Position numbers and translations under genes: made by a program
Part shown: in pieces, positions 7,842-15,167 of the stretch
How positions within the stretch are numbered: position 1 is the first letter of the stretch
Layout of the letters: each line of letters starts with the position of its first letter
The notes under the pieces: model-generated
Database searches by the model: none
Seen by the model: only the letters and a program-made list of their open reading frames with translations
What the model was told of the DNA's origin: nothing
IMG/VR virus record: IMGVR_UViG_3300037761_000265
Span: 1-36,568 of that record
Origin: a virus
Lineage: Duplodnaviria; Caudoviricetes
Direction: 5' to 3' (one strand)
DNA: 36,568 bases

Positions 7842-8297
7842 ATGACGCAGGCAGACATGGCCGGCGGGAAGTCGCCGGGAATCCCGGCCGACACCTTCTC
7901 CGCCCGACTGCTACTCAGCCGGCTACACGCCGGGAATGTCACCATCCGGGACGCGGCCGCACGTTGCGGGATCAAGCACGAATCCTGGTCGAGCTGGGAA
8001 CGGGGCGGCCACCCGCGTGATCTACCCGACGTGGTGGAGCGGGTCAGCGGGGGCTTAGGTGTCGACAGGGACTGGCTGATGTGGGGCGGGCCACTGTCCG
8101 CGCCAGAGCGCCGCGACCCACTCGCCCGTCGGCTACTCACCCGGGGATCACCTACCGGGTCGTACGGCACCCCGCTCCCACGGCCAACGTGCGTACCTGA
8201 ACAGTCGATCCGCCGCTCACCCGTTAGTGCCACACCAGCGGTGAGTCACACCGTTGTGACTCACCGCACCGGGCGTGTCGTCCGTCCGGTCTCCTGA
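7842..8297 (+). CDS. XRE-family HTH immunity repressor with long low-complexity C-terminal tail
   Basis: TFSARLLLSR...TIRDAAARCGIKHESWSSWERG...GVDRDWLMWG; divergent from Cro-like gene and upstream of integrase. Confidence 0.85.
   Translation: MTQADMAGGKSPGIPADTFSARLLLSRLHAGNVTIRDAAARCGIKHESWSSWERGGHPRDLPDVVERVSGGLGVDRDWLMWGGPLSAPERRDPLARRLLTRGSPTGSYGTPLPRPTCVPEQSIRRSPVSATPAVSHTVVTHRTGRVVRPVS
8238..8267. repeat. Perfect 13-bp inverted repeat, candidate attP core/recombinase site
   Basis: gcggtgagtcaca-ccgt-tgtgactcaccgc; related tgagtgaca at 8295 and 8327; site function is inference. Confidence 0.6.
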
Positions 8298-8325
8298 GTG
8301 ACACGACCCGCCATCGGCCCGCACC

Positions 8326-9225
8326 GTGAGTGACATGAACGGTTCGACATCCATGACTGGCACAGCAGGTGATCTGATCGACGCCTACCTCTGTCACCTT
8401 CGCCTGGTCGGCCGATCCGACTACACCACCCGCGAATGGGGTCGGGTGCTCGCCCACGCCGACCGGGAACTGCCGTTCGGCCTGGACGCTGCGCAGCCGA
8501 TTGAAATACAGGCATGGTTGGGTCGGCCCGGCTGGTCACCGGCCACCCGTACCGCTTACTACACCTGCCTCGGCTCGTTCTACCGCTGGGCCACCAACGA
8601 GCGCGACCGGTGGCTGAAGCTCGACCCGATGCGCGACGTGGTCGCCCCGGCCAGGCCAGCGCGGGGGCTGCCGGACCCGTGCACCAACGGCGAACTCGCG
8701 CGGATGCTCACCGAGGCGGCCGAGCCGTACCGGCTGTGGATCGTGCTGGCGGCCTACGCCGGGCTGCGCTGCCTCGAGGTTTCCCGGCTCGACCGGACCG
8801 ACGTCGACGAGGAGTCGGTGCGGGTCCGGCTCGGCAAGGGCAACCGGCCGCGCACGGTGCCAGCCCACCCGCTGGTGTGGGACGCGGTCCGGGACCTCCC
8901 GCCAGGCCCGCTGGTCCGGCTGCGCAGCGGCGCACGCGCGTCCGGCCGGTACGTCTCCCACCGGTCCAACGCCTACCTCCACCAACAGCTTGGCATGGTC
9001 CGCATGCACCTGCACCGATGCCGGCACTGGTATGCCACCCGCGCCCTGGAAGCTTGCGGCGATCCGCGGGTCGTACAGGAGCTCCTCGGGCATGCGTCGC
9101 TGGCCACCACCGCGATCTACACCCAGGTCAGCCCGGCCCGGCGGACCGCGGCGGTGGCGGGTCTGCCCGCCCTGGTCGGGGTGCCCGACCGGTCCGCGCC
9201 GGCGGATGATCGGCCACCTCGGTGA
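8326..9225 (+). CDS. int: Tyrosine recombinase/integrase lacking an N-terminal arm-binding domain
   Basis: Catalytic set GLRCLE, GKG, HRCRH, LLGH, TTAIY; start may be ATG 8335 or 8353. Confidence 0.93.
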   Translation: MSDMNGSTSMTGTAGDLIDAYLCHLRLVGRSDYTTREWGRVLAHADRELPFGLDAAQPIEIQAWLGRPGWSPATRTAYYTCLGSFYRWATNERDRWLKLDPMRDVVAPARPARGLPDPCTNGELARMLTEAAEPYRLWIVLAAYAGLRCLEVSRLDRTDVDEESVRVRLGKGNRPRTVPAHPLVWDAVRDLPPGPLVRLRSGARASGRYVSHRSNAYLHQQLGMVRMHLHRCRHWYATRALEACGDPRVVQELLGHASLATTAIYTQVSPARRTAAVAGLPALVGVPDRSAPADDRPPR

Positions 9226-9439
9226 CCACCTCCACCCGGGTCGCCATCAGCCGCAGGTGGTCCGGTCGGGCCAGGATCGCCCGCTCGACCAGGCCTGCCG
9301 CCATGGCCTGCAGCACCCCGTCACCGGTGCTGGTGATCGAATCGAGAACGTAGCCACGGGCCCGGATGTGGTCGAGGCATTCCCGCAGCCAGCGGAGCAC
9401 ATGCTGGGCCCGGGGTGGGACGTAGATGATGACGCGCAT
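9128..9439 (-). CDS. Small protein resembling a degenerate serine-resolvase N-terminal fold
   Basis: MRVIIYV...CLDHIRARGYVL...AMAAGLVERAILARPDHL pattern; GGAGGG RBS; overlaps int 3' end. Confidence 0.55.
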   Translation of the reverse strand: MRVIIYVPPRAQHVLRWLRECLDHIRARGYVLDSITSTGDGVLQAMAAGLVERAILARPDHLRLMATRVEVVTEVADHPPARTGRAPRPGRADPPPPRSAGPG

Positions 9440-9487
9440 GCGTGGCCCTCCGTCGCCTGGCCCAGACGACGCAGCGTACGCCTACAG

Positions 9488-9793
9488 CTACTCCCACGGC
9501 CAGGTGAGCGGCCAATGGGTCATGTGCGGGATCAGCCACACGACCGCGGCGAGCAGGCTGGCGACGAACGAGGCGACCGCCACCCGGCGCCGGCGCCGCG
9601 GCGGATCCACACCCAGCGCGGCCTTGACCCGCTCGGTGGCCGTCCCACCACTGCCCCGGTTGACCAGGGCGATCGTCTCACCGAAGGTGAACCCGACCAC
9701 CAGCACCGAGAGCAGCAGCGGCCAGTACCAGGTGCGCAGCCACGCCGGATCCTGGCGGGCGACCTCGCGGGCCGCGCGCAGCTGCGCCCTCAC
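9488..9793 (-). CDS. Two-TM membrane protein of lysis cassette
   Basis: Two hydrophobic helices; follows holin-like gene with 4-bp overlap. Confidence 0.7.
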   Translation of the reverse strand: MRAQLRAAREVARQDPAWLRTWYWPLLLSVLVVGFTFGETIALVNRGSGGTATERVKAALGVDPPRRRRRVAVASFVASLLAAVVWLIPHMTHWPLTWPWE

Positions 9794-10029
9794 GCCGACC
9801 GTGCCCGTGCGACCGCCTCGGCGAGCTGGGTACGCAGCTCATCCGGGGCCAGCCGGTTCTTCACCCGGTACGTGGCGATCCCGGTGGCGACCGCCAGCCC
9901 GGCCGCGGCGCCCATCACACCGGGCGCGCCCAGGTCCCCACCGGCCAGCAGCACCGCCACCAGCTCAGCGACCAGCGCGCCGGCGCCGGCGTACAGCGCC
10001 TTCCGGATTCGCCCAAAGTCGATCTTCAC
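9790..10029 (-). CDS. Holin-like protein
   Basis: RKALYAG start, two TM helices, YRVKN end; downstream of endolysin. Confidence 0.72.
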   Translation of the reverse strand: MKIDFGRIRKALYAGAGALVAELVAVLLAGGDLGAPGVMGAAAGLAVATGIATYRVKNRLAPDELRTQLAEAVARARSA

Positions 10030-10460
10030 GATCCGTGTCCTCTCACATAGTGCTCTGCGAGCTGGGCCGTGGCGGCCTGCGCCAGCGTCAAGCCGGCCGA
10101 GCTGGTCTGGTCGGCCCGGTGCGCCACCGCGGCGACCCGGGCCGCCTCGGCAACGGCGTCCTCCACCACCCGCCGCAGCGGAGGGTCGATCCCGTTGCCG
10201 AGGTGCCGTTCCATCGTGGCCATCCGGGCCGGGATGCCGGGGCGGGCCGGCCGGGTGGCGGTGGCCGGCTCACCACGCCAGTCCGCGAGCAGCTCCCCCA
10301 ACGGTTCGAGGATGCGCCGGTCCAGGCGCGACCATATCCGCAGGATGATCCCGCCGACCAGGGCCACGGTGCTGACCACCGCGGCCACCCCGCCGGCGAC
10401 CAGGGGCCACGGCAAGCTCACCGGCGGGGTAGCCCCCTGGGCCAGGAACGCGAACATCAC
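10026..10460 (-). CDS. Single-TM protein of lysis cassette
   Basis: TM helix then DWRGEPA...RPGIPARM...NG pattern; immediately after endolysin. Confidence 0.7.
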   Translation of the reverse strand: MMFAFLAQGATPPVSLPWPLVAGGVAAVVSTVALVGGIILRIWSRLDRRILEPLGELLADWRGEPATATRPARPGIPARMATMERHLGNGIDPPLRRVVEDAVAEAARVAAVAHRADQTSSAGLTLAQAATAQLAEHYVRGHGS

Positions 10461-11542
10461 ACGGATTCCGGGGCCACCGTGAACGAGGTCCGGGACAGGG
10501 CGCGGGCCACCGCCCCGTCGACGATCCCGGCGACCGCCTGCGCCGCCTGCTCCGGCAGGTCGGCCGCCGCGGTGCGCAGCTCCTCGGTCAGCACCGTGCC
10601 GAGGGTTCCGGCCAGCTCGGCCAGCTCGGCAGCCCGCTCCGCCCGCTCCCGGGCCGCGGCCCGCTCCAGCTCCGCCTCGACCACCTCGGCCACGTCCTGC
10701 CCGGCGACCGCGGCCAGGAGCGCCTTCAGCTCAGCCCTGGCCGCCTTGGTTTCGGCCAAGTTCACCTTGCCGTACGCCCAACCGTTGCGGGCGCCGACCG
10801 CGATGCCGTAGTCGCCGTGGGCGAGCCGGCCGGTGCCCTGCCCGGCCCACACGCCCCCATCCACATGGATCTTCAAACGCTCCGCCACCGCGGCGGCGAT
10901 CTCGTCTGCCGTTGGCATGTCGTTATCCTCCTGTCCCCATTGTCCGAAGTCTACGGTCATCGCCCGGCAAAGATCGGTGTCTGCGTCGGCGACCCGGACA
11001 CCGTTGTTGTACTGGTGGATGTTGGCCTTTGGATGCCACCGGCTGTTGGCCGGGTCGAAGCGACCGGACAGCGGTGAGAACCCGGACCAGGCGTACGTCT
11101 GCCACAGCCAGCGGACCCCCCGGGCGGCCATGAAGTCCACGGTGCGGCGGGAACCGTAGCAGCCGACCCGAGCCCACCCGAGCACGGACGCGGCGCCTTC
11201 CAGGTAGGCGTAGCAGGTGGCCAGCTGCGTGGTGGTGGCGTCGAAGTCGGTGGAGAAGTAGATCGGCCGGCCGGCTGGTCCGCCGGCGGCCCGGTGTAGC
11301 CGGTCGGCCTCCCTGGCATGCTCGACACCCCGCGCCCGGCCGCCGAGCTGGTCGCGGGCGTCCCACTCCCAGTTGGTGACGACGGCCAGCCCGGCGGCGA
11401 TCGCAGCGTCGGCCTCCGCCTTGCTCAGGTTCTTCCCGGTCCGGTCGAAGCTGACATAGCGGATGATGAACCGCTTCCCCAGCCGGAACAGCTCACGGAC
11501 GTCGGGGCGCCCCCAGCTGTAGTCCACGCCCTCTATCCCCAC
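10457..11542 (-). CDS. Endolysin, DUF1906/Rv2525c-like glycoside hydrolase domain plus helical C-terminal region
   Basis: GVDYSWGRP, FIIRYVS, NWE, PIYFSTDFD, GCYG, WQTYAWS, HQY motifs; upstream of holin-like genes. Confidence 0.88.
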   Translation of the reverse strand: MGIEGVDYSWGRPDVRELFRLGKRFIIRYVSFDRTGKNLSKAEADAAIAAGLAVVTNWEWDARDQLGGRARGVEHAREADRLHRAAGGPAGRPIYFSTDFDATTTQLATCYAYLEGAASVLGWARVGCYGSRRTVDFMAARGVRWLWQTYAWSGFSPLSGRFDPANSRWHPKANIHQYNNGVRVADADTDLCRAMTVDFGQWGQEDNDMPTADEIAAAVAERLKIHVDGGVWAGQGTGRLAHGDYGIAVGARNGWAYGKVNLAETKAARAELKALLAAVAGQDVAEVVEAELERAAARERAERAAELAELAGTLGTVLTEELRTAAADLPEQAAQAVAGIVDGAVARALSRTSFTVAPESV

Positions 11543-11544
11543 GG

Positions 11545-11748
11545 TCACCCCTCCTGGTCTTCGGTGCCAGCGTCCAGCGCCGGCCGCTCGGGCAGCCCGG
11601 TCTCGTGCACGTACCACCGCACGAACTCGCGCAACAGCGCGGACCGGTCCACCCCGACGCTGCGGGCGGCCACACCGAACCGGTCCCACAGCTCGTGGTC
11701 GATCCGGACTGTCTGCCGCGCGGTGCCCCGTCCGCTCCTGCCGCTCAC
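11545..11748 (-). CDS. Ribbon-helix-helix DNA-binding protein
   Basis: TARQTVRIDHELWDRFGVAARSVGVDRSALLREFVRWY; start estimated at GTG 11748. Confidence 0.8.
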   Translation of the reverse strand: MSGRSGRGTARQTVRIDHELWDRFGVAARSVGVDRSALLREFVRWYVHETGLPERPALDAGTEDQEG

Positions 11749-11758
11749 ATCCGACAAG

Positions 11759-11830
11759 GTGTCATGACAGATTCCCGACTGACCAGCTCCATGTGTCATG
11801 ACACCCATGCTACCGTAGGTGTCATGACAC
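11759..11830. promoter_or_regulatory. Three palindromic operator candidates TGTCATGACA and extended -10 promoter
   Basis: TGTCATGACA at 11760, 11794 and 11820; TGC-TACCGT with -10 at 11811-11816, 7 nt before ATG 11824. Confidence 0.8.
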
Positions 11831-12387
11831 ACATGAGGCGCATAGCCACCACCACCACCACCATCATCATCACCACCACCATTATCATCACCGCTGCCCT
11901 CGCCGCAGCCGTGTTGCTGCCCGCACCGGCACAGGCCAACCTGATGTCCTACCGATGGGCCAGCTCCGTGGTCTGCGTCGAGGACCACACGTCGACCACC
12001 GCATGGCCTACGGTCAGCGCCACCAACCGGTGGGCGCCGGCTGCGGACATCCACATCTTTGCCCGCCGGGACTGCACCGGATGGCAGACGATCACCGTCC
12101 GGTCCAGCTACCAGGGCACCAACGGCTACTACGCGCGAACCGCGTTCTGGTACCAGACCAACCGGCCGTGGCTGTTCGCCAAGGTGACGATCAGCATCAA
12201 CGAAAGCTACCGGAGCCGGCTGAACTGGGACGACCGCCGCAGTGTGGTCATGCACGAGATCGGCCACGCGCTTGGCCTGGCCCACAATAGCCGAGGCGAC
12301 TCGATCATGAACATTTACCGGGCATTCAGGTTCAACTACCCGACGGCCTACGATTTCGCGGAGATCGAACGCCGCTACCCCTGGTAG
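11824..12387 (+). CDS. Secreted metzincin (matrixin-like) zinc metalloprotease
   Basis: Signal peptide ending PAPAQA; HEIGHALGLAH (HExxHxxGxxH); Met-turn SIMN; start 11824 or 11833. Confidence 0.88.
   Translation: MTHMRRIATTTTTIIITTTIIITAALAAAVLLPAPAQANLMSYRWASSVVCVEDHTSTTAWPTVSATNRWAPAADIHIFARRDCTGWQTITVRSSYQGTNGYYARTAFWYQTNRPWLFAKVTISINESYRSRLNWDDRRSVVMHEIGHALGLAHNSRGDSIMNIYRAFRFNYPTAYDFAEIERRYPW
11848..11892. repeat. (ACC/ATC)n trinucleotide tract in protease signal peptide
   Basis: Encodes TTTTTIIITTTIIIT. Confidence 0.85.
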
Positions 12388-12400
12388 CGGCGGGCTACCA
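12382..12400. terminator. Short hairpin over the protease stop codon, possible terminator
   Basis: tggtagc-ggcgg-gctacca; no U-tract. Confidence 0.35.
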
Positions 12401-12491
12401 TCAGGCTGTCCGGCCGTCACGAGCTGGCAACTCCTCCGTAGGGGGACTAGTACGGCACATGACATCGCGGCGGCCGGGCTCACCCTGCTGG

Positions 12492-12941
12492 TCAGCCGCT
12501 CTCGTAGAGCACTTCGAGGATGGCCGGGCGGAGAGTCGACGCGGCCAGCCGGCAGTTACCGGTCCCGGCCTCCCGCTGCCCGGTGACCACGAACGTCTTG
12601 TTGGCGGTCGCCGTGGCGGTGTACCGGCCTTCGACCGAGACCTTGCCACCACGCAGTGAGGACACCAGGGGCGTGTTGATCGTGTCCGAGTCAACCTGGG
12701 TCCCTGACGCGGTGTCCTCCCGCAGCCGCACCGTGATCGTGTCTGCGAGCACGGTGGAGTTCCACCCGCCGGTGAAGCGCACCCGGTAGGTGCGCCCGGA
12801 AATCAACGGCACAGTGACGCTGGCCAAAGCGCCCGACTCGGTGGTGGTGAACGTGGACGAGTCGGCGACCACGACGGTCGGGGTGCCGATCACCTCCCCG
12901 GGGAGGCGCCCGGCGACGAGTAGCTGACCGGCGCTGGACAT
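12492..12941 (-). CDS. Minor tail protein / tail-tip beta-rich protein
   Basis: Beta-rich, Thr/Val-rich 149 aa, last gene of tail module. Confidence 0.65.
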   Translation of the reverse strand: MSSAGQLLVAGRLPGEVIGTPTVVVADSSTFTTTESGALASVTVPLISGRTYRVRFTGGWNSTVLADTITVRLREDTASGTQVDSDTINTPLVSSLRGGKVSVEGRYTATATANKTFVVTGQREAGTGNCRLAASTLRPAILEVLYESG

Positions 12942-12950
12942 GGTGACCTC

Positions 12951-15167
12951 CTACAGGCCGATGAAGCTGGGAAAGAGGAACGTGATCGGCGCGGCGGTGG
13001 CGTGGCTCTTGACGATCCCGTCGACCGACCTGGTGACGGTCAGGGTGCAGGTGCGGGTGGGGAACGTGCCGGCCATCGCCGATACGGCGGTCACCGTCAT
13101 CCGCTCACCGCCGATGATCACGTCGAAGTCGGCCTCGTGCACCCAGTCCGGTCCGGCGCCTGCGTTGATGTCCACCCCGGTCTCCGTCGAGTCGAGCGCC
13201 TCGGCGGTGACCGCAGAGTCGGACAGCAGCATGCCCAGGTCGGCGTGCTCAACCTCGCCGATCCGGTACGGCGAGGCGGGTGCACCGGCAACGGTGATAT
13301 CCCAGCCGAACTGGGTCAGCGTCTCGACGAATCCCAACGTGTGCTGCTGCACCAGGTCCGGCGGCAACCACGCCGGTAGGTTGTCGATGGTCAGTCGGCT
13401 ACCGACGTCCAGTGTGGCAGCTGCCGCGCTCAGCGCAGTCTTGCCGGCGCGGCCCATGGCAGCCAGGTCCAGGTTGATCTGTGGGTAGCGGGTTTCGTCG
13501 ACGGTGCCGAGGTGCAGCCGCCAGCCGGCATGGTCGGGCAGCAGCCCGTCACTCATGGTGTTGACCTGAACCGAGGTGGTGTACCGGCCAACTCCTTGCG
13601 GGTCGGCGGTCGGCATGGACACGTTCAGCGGCCCAGACTCCTGGACTGCCTGGGCGCGACCGCCGTCGCGTCGGGTGACCGTCACGTCGTTGCGGGTCTG
13701 CTGGTCGTCGTCGGTCGGGGATGGTGGTGAAGACAGCTCACCAGTCGCGCCGTACGACAACTCCAATGTCGGATCCTGGTTGTACAGAGAGCGACCGGTG
13801 ACGTAGCGCAGGGCGGCGGACGTGCGCGCGTCGTGGAGGATGCCCGGGTCCGTTTCGGCCGCCTCCCGCAGAATAGCCACGAACCCGTCCGGGTACTGCG
13901 GCCCCAACGGCTGCGTGTCGTCCAGGTCCCCCGAGCCGACAAATGCGACGCCTTCCTCGTCGCATAGCCGCTCGATGCGCCGGCCGGCTGTCTCACCGGC
14001 GTGACCCCGGTAGGCGTCGAGCATCGCCGCCACGGTGGGTGGGCTGTCGGCCCACACCACCATATGGGCGAAGCTCACCGGCAAGGACAGGTTCGGTGTG
14101 CCGTCGTCCCGGCGGAAGCTCACCTTGACCGCGGCCGGGGCGGTCAAGGTGGTCGGCATCCCGCTGAACGTGTCGGAGAGCACCGAAACCCCGTCGACGT
14201 AGACGGTCACGGTCGCGGTCGTGCCGGCCGCATCAACGACTTGCAACCGGAGGTGGTGCGGGTTGCCGTCGCTGATCGGGCCGGCGTCGAAGGCGGCGCT
14301 GCTGTCAATGCTGGCCCCGCCCTCGTCGGAGAGGGTCACCTGCAGCTCGTCCGGATCGGCCCGGTTTTTGGCCAGCAGCCACCGGTTGCCGTCTCCGTCG
14401 ATCACCCGGAAGAACAGTGCCTGGCCGCCCGTCACAGCCGGGTCGGTGCCCAGTGGGGCGGTCGTGCGGAACAGGACGTCCATTGCCCACGAGCCGGACG
14501 CGCCGGCCAGGGTGTTTCCGTCCATCTCGACCGACTCGTTGTCGCTACCCATCTCCGGGGTCAGTAGACCTCCGGGCAAATGCGGAAACATCTCCGCCTG
14601 CCCCCAGGGCAGCGGTGTGTTCGGGGCCAGCGGGGCACCGAACAGCGACACCAGCCGGGGGACCAGCGGTGCCCCGCCCTCCAACCCGGAGGCCGCCTGG
14701 GACGACCCGGGTATGTCCCCCAGCGGCCAGTAGCCGACGGCATTGTTCGACCTGGCGAACCGGGTCACAGTCGATTCCAGCGGATCGGCACCCTGTAGGA
14801 GTCGGCGGGAAATCCCCGCCGCGCGCAGCGGCACCCACACGTCGGCACCGCCGGCGGTCCACTCCGACGGCCACTCGGACACTTCGCCGACGAACCGCAC
14901 GTCGGCGTCGATGCTGACCCGGATCGGCGTGTTCCGGCCGATCAACCCGAACAGTGGGCTCCGCGGGTTCCGTGGGCTGAACCTGCCATCACGGTTGTTC
15001 AGGGTCAACCCCAGTTGCGACGGTCCAGCCAACCCGGCCAGCCCGACCCCGTCGGACAGGCCACGGGTGATACGAACCTGATCCCGCGTCGGCGAATACA
15101 CATATGTGCTGATGCCATTCCACGCACTGGAGTAGAACAGCTCCACCACAACCGTGAACGTGGCCAT
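12951..15167 (-). CDS. Minor tail (hub/tip) protein with LamG-like central domain
   Basis: ITRG...LTLNNRDGRFSPRNPRSP, GYWPLGD, DGNPHHL, GRRIERLCDEEG, RNDVTVTR; follows tape measure. Confidence 0.85.
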   Translation of the reverse strand: MATFTVVVELFYSSAWNGISTYVYSPTRDQVRITRGLSDGVGLAGLAGPSQLGLTLNNRDGRFSPRNPRSPLFGLIGRNTPIRVSIDADVRFVGEVSEWPSEWTAGGADVWVPLRAAGISRRLLQGADPLESTVTRFARSNNAVGYWPLGDIPGSSQAASGLEGGAPLVPRLVSLFGAPLAPNTPLPWGQAEMFPHLPGGLLTPEMGSDNESVEMDGNTLAGASGSWAMDVLFRTTAPLGTDPAVTGGQALFFRVIDGDGNRWLLAKNRADPDELQVTLSDEGGASIDSSAAFDAGPISDGNPHHLRLQVVDAAGTTATVTVYVDGVSVLSDTFSGMPTTLTAPAAVKVSFRRDDGTPNLSLPVSFAHMVVWADSPPTVAAMLDAYRGHAGETAGRRIERLCDEEGVAFVGSGDLDDTQPLGPQYPDGFVAILREAAETDPGILHDARTSAALRYVTGRSLYNQDPTLELSYGATGELSSPPSPTDDDQQTRNDVTVTRRDGGRAQAVQESGPLNVSMPTADPQGVGRYTTSVQVNTMSDGLLPDHAGWRLHLGTVDETRYPQINLDLAAMGRAGKTALSAAAATLDVGSRLTIDNLPAWLPPDLVQQHTLGFVETLTQFGWDITVAGAPASPYRIGEVEHADLGMLLSDSAVTAEALDSTETGVDINAGAGPDWVHEADFDVIIGGERMTVTAVSAMAGTFPTRTCTLTVTRSVDGIVKSHATAAPITFLFPSFIGL

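Noticed and set aside
8238-8267. Host dif site or tRNA-derived att core
   Set aside because: No TTATGT-type XerD arm and no tRNA T-arm stem-loop recognised here
11545-12483. 312-aa minus-strand ORF
   Set aside because: Mostly antisense to the metzincin; only the last 67 aa form the RHH protein
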